DNA of 32,000 nucleotides from Gemmata obscuriglobus (lineage in GTDB: Bacteria; Planctomycetota; Planctomycetia; Gemmatales; Gemmataceae): positions 2,580,001 to 2,612,000 of the forward strand of contig NZ_CP042911.1 in assembly GCF_008065095.1 (NCBI RefSeq), given 5' to 3'. How positions within the stretch are numbered: position 1 is the stretch's first letter; each line of letters starts with the position of its first letter. Positions 26,092 through 32,000 of the stretch are shown in pieces. The position numbers and the translations under genes are program-made. The notes under the pieces are model-generated. The model did not search any database, was not told the DNA's origin, and saw only the letters and a program-made list of their open reading frames with translations.

Positions 26092-26115
26092 GCGCTGTAA
26101 CCCCCGTTACAGCGC
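26092..26115. promoter_or_regulatory. Perfect 10-bp-arm palindrome in a divergent promoter region (candidate operator or leader hairpin)
   Basis: gcgctgtaac-cccc-gttacagcgc, 24 nt upstream of the hydratase ATG (26139) and 131 nt upstream of the divergent ECF sigma start (25961). Confidence 0.3.
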
Positions 26116-26138
26116 GGCTTCCAACACCGGGTGGGATC

Positions 26139-26933
26139 ATGGATCGCGTCGAAGCGGCGGCCGAGTACCTGTTCGAGTTGCGCGATCACCGGCGCCGGGT
26201 CGCGGCGCTGCCGCCGGAGATCGCCCCGCGCACGCTCGCCGAGGGGTACGCGGTTCAGGACGTACTGGTGCAGAAGCTGATGGACCGGTTCGGGAGCCGG
26301 CCCATCGGGTACAAGATCGCGTGTACCAGTCCGCTCGCGCAGCAGGCGCTCGCGGTGGACGCGCCGTTCTTCGGGGTGATGCTGACGCACTCGTCGCACC
26401 CGTCCCCGGCGATTCGCCCCGGGGCAGAGTTCACCGTTCGTTGTGCGGAGGCCGAGTTCGGTTTCGAGATGGCGGCGGACGTGCCCGGCGGCGTGGCGTA
26501 CACCGCCGAGAGCGTGAAGCCGTTCGTCGGCGCGGTGCTCCCTTCGCTGGAGATCGTCGATCACCGTTATCACGACTGGAAAACCGTGGACGCGGCGTCG
26601 CTGCTCGCGGACAACGCCATTCACGGAGCATGGGTGTTCGGCGAGCCGGTCCGGGACGGGTGGCGCGACCTCGACCTCGCCGCGCACGCCACGGCGCTGA
26701 TCGTGAACGGAACGACGGTTTTACCGGGCTCGGGCGCGGCGGTGCTGGGGAACCCGTTGAACGTGGTGGCGTGGCTGGCGAACGAACTGCCCAAGTTCGG
26801 CCGCAAGTTGAGCAAGGGCGACCGTATCACCACCGGCCTCACGACTGCCGTTTACCTGGCCGAACCGGGGGACCGCCTCGAAGCCGACTTCGGGGCGCTT
26901 GGGCGCGTGGCACTCACGCTGAGCGGGGACTGA
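26139..26933 (+). CDS. 2-keto-4-pentenoate hydratase / 2-oxohepta-3-ene-1,7-dioate hydratase family enzyme
   Basis: 264 aa starting at MDRVEAAAEYL. Family pattern GYKIACTSPLAQQALAVDAPFFGVM, EAEFGFEM, NPLNVVAWLAN, GDRITTG. The upstream part of the ORF-track entry (25182-26138) is Arg/Gly-rich non-coding read-through. Confidence 0.82.
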   Translation: MDRVEAAAEYLFELRDHRRRVAALPPEIAPRTLAEGYAVQDVLVQKLMDRFGSRPIGYKIACTSPLAQQALAVDAPFFGVMLTHSSHPSPAIRPGAEFTVRCAEAEFGFEMAADVPGGVAYTAESVKPFVGAVLPSLEIVDHRYHDWKTVDAASLLADNAIHGAWVFGEPVRDGWRDLDLAAHATALIVNGTTVLPGSGAAVLGNPLNVVAWLANELPKFGRKLSKGDRITTGLTTAVYLAEPGDRLEADFGALGRVALTLSGD

Positions 26934-26939
26934 AGAGGT

Positions 26940-27165
26940 GAGTGTGGTCGGCTCACTCCGTGAGCAGTTGCTCCGCGCATCAGACCCGCCCCGCGGGCTG
27001 ACCAGTTCGTGGTGCTGGCCTTTGAGTGTGGTCCGCTCACTCCGTGAGCGGTCGCTTGGCGCATCAGACCCGCCCCGCGGGCTGACCAGTCCCGTCGTTG
27101 TGCGCAAAGCGAATCCTATACCCGAAGCGACCGCTCACGGAGTGAGCGGACCACACTCAAAGGCC
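26940..27165. repeat. Composite intergenic repeat cluster: two 67-bp direct repeats plus a 40-bp perfect inverted repeat
   Basis: Direct copies at 26940-27006 and 27024-27090 have 62/67 identical positions. 27017-27056 is the exact reverse complement of 27126-27165. Each unit contains the small hairpin ccgctcac-tcc-gtgagcgg. Confidence 0.8.
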
Positions 27166-27211
27166 ACCGCAGAAGGGAAGGGCGGGGATACAGATCAGCC
27201 GCCTTGCACGC

Positions 27212-28831
27212 TCACTCCAGGTCCATGCGCCACCACGCGAGCGCCGTGAACGCGGCGCCGAACGCGCACAGCACCCCGCACGCGGTCAGCACGACGGTGA
27301 TGTTCGGTTCCGGAACGGTGAGGAGCTGGTTGTAGGCGTCGAGCGCCCACGCGTGCGGGGTGACGAGGCTCGCGGTCTTCATTTGTTCGGGCATCAGGTC
27401 GCGCGGCATCAGCGACCCGCTCACCCCGCCCAGAACCAGCACGAGTAACGTCCCGTACACGGCCACCTGCGTTTCGGTCCGCGCGACGCTCGCCACGAGC
27501 ACCGCCAGACCGACCGCCGCGAACGACGTGCTCGCCACCAGGGGCAGCAGCAACTCGGGCCGGTGCCCCCACGTCATCCCGAAAATGACCCGCCCCGCGA
27601 TCAGCAAAAACGCGCCCTGCAACAGCGACACGACGAGGCACGGGAGCAGCTTCCCGAGCAAGATCTCACCGCGCGTGAGTGGAGCCGCCCGCAGCCGCAT
27701 TAGCGTCCCGTGCTTCCGCTCCGCGACGAACAGCCAGCCCACGCTCAGTACCAGGAAGAACGCGAACATCACCGTGTAGGACGGCACCAGGAACTGGTAC
27801 CGCAGCGCGCCGCGGCTCAGCGGGCCGCTCCCGGCCGCGTCGCGGTACTCGTCGCGGTTCGCCGTGTTGCCTTCGCGGGCCTCGCTCTTGACCAGATCGG
27901 TCCAGCGCGAGGCCTCGAAGTTGTAATCGGAGAACAGGTCGCCCACGCCCGTCTTCACGGTCGGCCCGATCTCCTTGCGGACGGCCGGGGTGAGCACCTT
28001 ACCGAACAGCACCTTCTTCCCGACCCGGCGCGCGATCTCGGGGTCTTTGAGCGCGACGTCAACAACCGCGCGGAAGCCGGGCATCTGGCCCTTGATCACC
28101 TGAGCCGGCAGGCGCCCGAACTTGTCCGTCATAAGCTTCTGAAACTTCTCGTCCGCGACCAGGGCGTCGAGCACGTCGAGCACCACCGGGTCGAGTTCCT
28201 CAATCACCTTGGGCGGCACGGTGCTCGTGCTCAGCCGCTCGGCGACCAGCTCCATGAACTTCTCGTCGCCGACCCGCTGGAACGCCTTCCCGATCATCCA
28301 CGGGATCACCACGCGGAGCAGCGTGACCTGCGTGACCTGCTCGATGACGGACGCCGACACCGGCTGCGTCGGGTCGCGCAGGAGGGCGGCCCCGAGCTTG
28401 TCCATACGCACCCCGTCGCGGCCGAACGGGTTGACCGCCCCGCCCTGGTTCAGGAACGAGCAGCGGTGCATCCGTGCGCTGAAGTCCTCCTCGAACACCA
28501 GCACCGCCGCCCGCCGGTTCTTCGCGATCAGTTTCTCGGCCGAGGCGCGGTCGGAAATGATTTCGAGCCGGATGTCCTGGGTGGCGCTGAGGTCGTCGAT
28601 CACCACCTCCGACCACGGCTTTTCGGGGAAGGGCGCCTGCTCGGGTAACCCGCGGTCGAGGTTGACGATCGAGACGCGCAGCCGCTCGTCGGGCTTCTCG
28701 CCGAACCCCTCGCCGAGCGCGAGGCCCAGGACGAGGATGAGCACCAGCGGGGTGACGAACAGGATGACCGCGCTCCGCGCGTCGCGCAGGAGCAGGCGCA
28801 GGTCTTTGGCCGCAATAGTAAGAATGGGCAT
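27212..28831 (-). CDS. ABC-2 type transporter permease with large extracytoplasmic loop
   Basis: 539 aa. N-terminal TM (AVILFVTPLVLILVLGLAL), an approximately 330-aa soluble loop, then 5 C-terminal TM helices typical of YhhJ/YbhS-like ABC-2 permeases. It starts 3 nt after the ATPase gene. Confidence 0.85.
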   Translation of the reverse strand: MPILTIAAKDLRLLLRDARSAVILFVTPLVLILVLGLALGEGFGEKPDERLRVSIVNLDRGLPEQAPFPEKPWSEVVIDDLSATQDIRLEIISDRASAEKLIAKNRRAAVLVFEEDFSARMHRCSFLNQGGAVNPFGRDGVRMDKLGAALLRDPTQPVSASVIEQVTQVTLLRVVIPWMIGKAFQRVGDEKFMELVAERLSTSTVPPKVIEELDPVVLDVLDALVADEKFQKLMTDKFGRLPAQVIKGQMPGFRAVVDVALKDPEIARRVGKKVLFGKVLTPAVRKEIGPTVKTGVGDLFSDYNFEASRWTDLVKSEAREGNTANRDEYRDAAGSGPLSRGALRYQFLVPSYTVMFAFFLVLSVGWLFVAERKHGTLMRLRAAPLTRGEILLGKLLPCLVVSLLQGAFLLIAGRVIFGMTWGHRPELLLPLVASTSFAAVGLAVLVASVARTETQVAVYGTLLVLVLGGVSGSLMPRDLMPEQMKTASLVTPHAWALDAYNQLLTVPEPNITVVLTACGVLCAFGAAFTALAWWRMDLE

Positions 28832-28834
28832 CGG

Positions 28835-29818
28835 CTAATCTCTCAGCCCGCGGCCGGTGAGGTGCAGGAACACGCGCTCCAAGGTCGGTTCGGTGGTGGC
28901 GGCGCTGAGAAGCGCCACCCTGCGGGCCGCGCACTCGGACGCGACCCGCGCCAGCGCCGGGCCGATTTCGTCTACCACGAGCACGAAGGTAGAGTGCCCA
29001 CCTTCGCCCCCCCTCACTGGCACGGAAGGCGTGGTGGGCGGATTGCTTTCCTGCACCCGTTTCACGCTCGGGATCGCACCTAGCACCTGCGCGAAATCGG
29101 CTGTGGCACCCGCCACGGTCATGTGGATCGTGGCGTCCAGGCGCTTGAGCAGGTTCGGCAGGGTGTCGCTGGCCCGCAGGCGCCCGGCGTCGATGATCGC
29201 GATGCGGTTACACAGCGCCTGCACTTCTTCCATGTAGTGGCTGGTGTAGATCACCGTGAGCCCGGCGGCGTTGAGCGCCTTAACCTGCTCGAAGATGTGG
29301 TTCCGGCTCTGCGGGTCCACGCCCGTCGTCGGCTCGTCGAGGATCAGAAGCTTCGGGTCGTGGACCACCGCGACCGCGAGGTTCAGCCGCCGTTTCATGC
29401 CACCCGAGAAGGTGCCGGCGCGGTCGCCGGCGCGGTCGGTGAGGCCGACAGCCGCTAACACCGCGTCCACCCGCGCCGTCAGGTGCCGGCCCGATAACCC
29501 GTATAGCTTTCCGAAGAAGCGCAGGTTCTCGCGCGCGGTCAGGTCCGGATAAATCGCCAGGTCTTGCGTGCCGATCCCAACGAGGTGCCGGAGGTCGCGC
29601 GACTCGTGTGTGAACACGTTTCCGAACAGTTCCACCCGGCCCGAGTCGGAACGGGCCAGCCCGGCCGCGATCGAGAGCAGGGTGGTTTTCCCGGCCCCGT
29701 TCGGGCCGAGGAGCCCGAACACCTCGCCCTTGCGAACGGTCAGCGAAACGCCGTCGAGCGCGATCAGGCCACCGTACCGCTTGCGCAGGTTCGCGATTTC
29801 GAGCACCGGTTCGCCCAT
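28835..29818 (-). CDS. ABC transporter ATP-binding protein
   Basis: Walker A GPNGAGKTT, Q-loop, signature FSGGMKRRL, Walker B LLILDEP and H-loop TSHYMEE, plus an approximately 90-aa C-terminal extension. Confidence 0.93.
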   Translation of the reverse strand: MGEPVLEIANLRKRYGGLIALDGVSLTVRKGEVFGLLGPNGAGKTTLLSIAAGLARSDSGRVELFGNVFTHESRDLRHLVGIGTQDLAIYPDLTARENLRFFGKLYGLSGRHLTARVDAVLAAVGLTDRAGDRAGTFSGGMKRRLNLAVAVVHDPKLLILDEPTTGVDPQSRNHIFEQVKALNAAGLTVIYTSHYMEEVQALCNRIAIIDAGRLRASDTLPNLLKRLDATIHMTVAGATADFAQVLGAIPSVKRVQESNPPTTPSVPVRGGEGGHSTFVLVVDEIGPALARVASECAARRVALLSAATTEPTLERVFLHLTGRGLRD

Positions 29819-29918
29819 GATGCCTATCGTAGGGCGCCCCGGTTATGTGCGGCACTCGCTTCGCGGTTCCATCGGGCCGGGCCGGCAGAGTGACCGCGCC
29901 CCCGCCGCGAGACCGATC

Positions 29919-31493
29919 ATGACCGACGACCGCATCCGCTTCGCGAACGCCGCCCGCCCGAACCCGAACGGCCGGTACGTGCTGTACTGGCCGCAGATGT
30001 TTCGTCGGCTGCACTCGAACCATGCCCTCGACCACGCTCTGAAACTGGCGGGGGAGCACAAGAAGCCGCTGGTGGTGTACGAGGGGCTGAAGCTGAACTA
30101 CCCGTGGGCGAACGCGCGGCACCACACGTTCATTCTCCAGGGGATGCGAGACAACGCCCGCGCGGCGCAGAAACTCGGGCTGGCGTACTGGCCGTTCGTG
30201 GAGACGCCCGACGACCCGGGGCGCGGGCTGGTGGCACGGCTGTCTAAGGATGCTGTGTGCGTCGTGACCGACGACTACCCGGCGTACATCGTGCCCGCGC
30301 ACAACCGGGCTCTCGCGGACAAGATCGACGTGCCGCTGGTCCTGGTGGACGGCAGCAGCGTGGTGCCGCTGTCCCGCTTGGGGGCGCCGGTCGCCGCAGC
30401 CGCGCACCTGCGGCCTCGAATTCACAAGCTCTTCGCCGAGGCGTGGCGGCATCGTGCGAAAAATGCGCCTGACGTGCCAAAGGTCGCCCGGAGCACACTC
30501 GCGCCGCCGTTCGAGCCGTGGGACGCGACCCAAGACATCGCCAAGTTCGTTGCCGGACTGCCGATCGACCAGAGCGTCCCCGCAGTCGCCGGCGCGACGG
30601 GCGGCGCGGCCGCAGGAACCGCCGCCCTTGAAGCCTTCGTGTCCGACAAACTCCCCCGCTACTCCGAAGAACGCAACGCGCCCGACGACCCGGCCAAGAG
30701 TGCGGCCAGCGCGCTCAGTGCGTATCTGCACTACGGGCACATTTCAATCGAGCAGGTGACGCAGGCCGTCCTTGGCGACTCGTGGAGCGAACAGGAGATC
30801 AACCCGAAGACCCGCAACAAGGACGACTTCTTCTGCCGCGACCCGAACGTCAACGACTTCCTCGACGAGGCGATCACCTGGCGCGACGTCGGCTACCACT
30901 GGCACTTCCGGAGAAATTTGGAGTGTGACAATCGGGATGCGGAATTGAAGAACGTGAGTTGGAGTGGGGCTTCAAGTTCTGCCGTGCCACAGTTCAATTT
31001 CGAGACGATGGACTTCGCCTCCGGTGGCGAGCTCACCCTGGACGTGGTTCTGCCGGAGTGGGCGCGGGCCTCCTTGAAGAAGCACGCTGGCGACCCGCGC
31101 GAGCACATTTACTCGCTCGGCGAGTTCGAGGGCGCCCGGACCCACGATCCGCTCTGGAACGCGGCACAGACCGAACTGATATGCACCGGACGTATTCACA
31201 ACTACCTGCGGATGCTCTGGGCCAAGAAGGTGCTTGAGTGGAGTGCCACGCCCGCGGACGCGTATCGCACGCTGGAGCACCTGAACAACAAGTACGCGCT
31301 CGACGGCCGCGACCCGAACTCGTACACGGGCATTCACTGGTGCTTCGGGCTGTTCGACCGCCCGTGGCCGCCCGAGCGCCCGGTGTTCGGCTCGCTCCGG
31401 TACATGTCGAGCGCTAACACGGCGAAGAAGTTCGACCTCGACGGATATTACGATTATGTCGCCGGGATCTCGCAGTCCGCTCCGCGCCGGTAA
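29919..31493 (+). CDS. Deoxyribodipyrimidine photolyase, class II (CPD photolyase)
   Basis: ATG 29919 (MTDDRIRF...). Class II signature blocks: LSAYLHYGHIS, THDPLWNAAQTEL..GRIHNYLRMLWAKKVLEW, NKYALDGRDPNSYTGIHWCFGLFDRPW, SLRYMS. The ORF-track extension to 29568 overlaps the ABC ATPase gene on the other strand. Confidence 0.9.
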   Translation: MTDDRIRFANAARPNPNGRYVLYWPQMFRRLHSNHALDHALKLAGEHKKPLVVYEGLKLNYPWANARHHTFILQGMRDNARAAQKLGLAYWPFVETPDDPGRGLVARLSKDAVCVVTDDYPAYIVPAHNRALADKIDVPLVLVDGSSVVPLSRLGAPVAAAAHLRPRIHKLFAEAWRHRAKNAPDVPKVARSTLAPPFEPWDATQDIAKFVAGLPIDQSVPAVAGATGGAAAGTAALEAFVSDKLPRYSEERNAPDDPAKSAASALSAYLHYGHISIEQVTQAVLGDSWSEQEINPKTRNKDDFFCRDPNVNDFLDEAITWRDVGYHWHFRRNLECDNRDAELKNVSWSGASSSAVPQFNFETMDFASGGELTLDVVLPEWARASLKKHAGDPREHIYSLGEFEGARTHDPLWNAAQTELICTGRIHNYLRMLWAKKVLEWSATPADAYRTLEHLNNKYALDGRDPNSYTGIHWCFGLFDRPWPPERPVFGSLRYMSSANTAKKFDLDGYYDYVAGISQSAPRR

Positions 31494-31680
31494 TGTTGTG
31501 CTCTATACTTGTTACAACAGACATCGGACGCGACGGCGTTCGGCCGACCCGGGAGCCGGGAAGCGGCAGCCGCCCCGAGGTGGACGACGGGCGTCGTTGT
31601 GTCGATAATTTCTGAACGGCTCCGGTCGCGGGCGGGCGCCCAGACGGCCCGCACCTGGAGCCGGTAAGCGAACACCACCT

Positions 31681-31762
31681 CCGTGAGGGGCGCTGCAACG
31701 GGACGCACTGGGCGTACTTGCCAGGCTCGCGGGGATGGGCATTCACGTGCAACGGCGCCCGT
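31681..31762 (+). ncRNA. Candidate SAH (S-adenosylhomocysteine) riboswitch aptamer in the ahcY leader
   Basis: Matches the remembered SAH-element core: CCGUGAG/CUCGCGG P1 (31681-31687 / 31726-31732); GGGCGC (31688-31693) pairing with GCGCCC (31755-31760) as the pseudoknot; conserved UGCAAC, CCAGGCUCG and CAACGGCGC strings. AGGAG SD at 31772-31776 and GTG start at 31786. Confidence 0.7.
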
Positions 31763-31773
31763 TCATCGTTTAG

Positions 31774-32000
<227 letters not shown>

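Noticed and set aside
25182-26138. Upstream part of ORF 25182-26933, which would give a 583-aa hydratase fusion.
   Set aside because: The first about 320 residues are Arg/Gly-rich and antisense to the ECF sigma gene. The hydratase-family sequence begins exactly at ATG 26139.
26940-27090. Possible CRISPR array (67-bp direct repeats).
   Set aside because: There are only two copies, with a 17-bp spacer. The repeats are too long and are 7% divergent. An inverted copy is adjacent, and there are no cas genes in the window.
29568-29918. Upstream extension of the photolyase ORF (the track start is 29568).
   Set aside because: It overlaps the ABC ATPase coding region on the opposite strand and has no photolyase similarity. 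The conserved N-terminus begins at ATG 29919.

Overview
This is a high-GC (roughly 65-70% by eye) bacterial chromosomal window. Its gene content looks planctomycete (Gemmataceae-like): ECF sigma factors, a WD40 Ser/Thr kinase, a PEP-CTERM protein and redoxin/CXXCH fusions. That taxonomic call is inference only. I support 21 protein-coding genes, the last one partial. In order they are: an ECF sigma factor plus a ZAS-kinase-WD40 protein; an RRM RNA-binding protein with a Gly/Tyr tail; a secreted metallo-beta-lactamase-fold protein; a lipoprotein; purE-purK; a small membrane protein; a redoxin-CXXCH-Cu-monooxygenase-like fusion; a macro-domain protein; a second lipoprotein; an FGGY sugar kinase; a small Cys/His protein; a PEP-CTERM protein; a 2,979-aa FecR-VIT-vWA-helical-repeat protein overlapping the end of its own ECF sigma gene; a 2-keto-4-pentenoate-hydratase-family enzyme; an ABC-2 permease/ATPase pair; a class II photolyase; and the 5' end of ahcY. 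Non-coding content includes a strong SAH-riboswitch candidate in front of ahcY and two long perfect GC-rich terminator-like hairpins. There are also three unrelated intergenic palindromic or direct repeat families and a GTTCCAR heptamer array. I found no rRNA, tRNA, CRISPR array, transposase or integrase. The best candidate for an undescribed system is the ECF sigma / giant single-pass FecR-VIT-vWA-solenoid pair at 16417-25961. The kinase-coupled ECF module at 15-4286 is second. Most long alternative-frame ORFs in the supplied track are high-GC artefacts. All domain calls come from motif recognition by eye and no searches were run.
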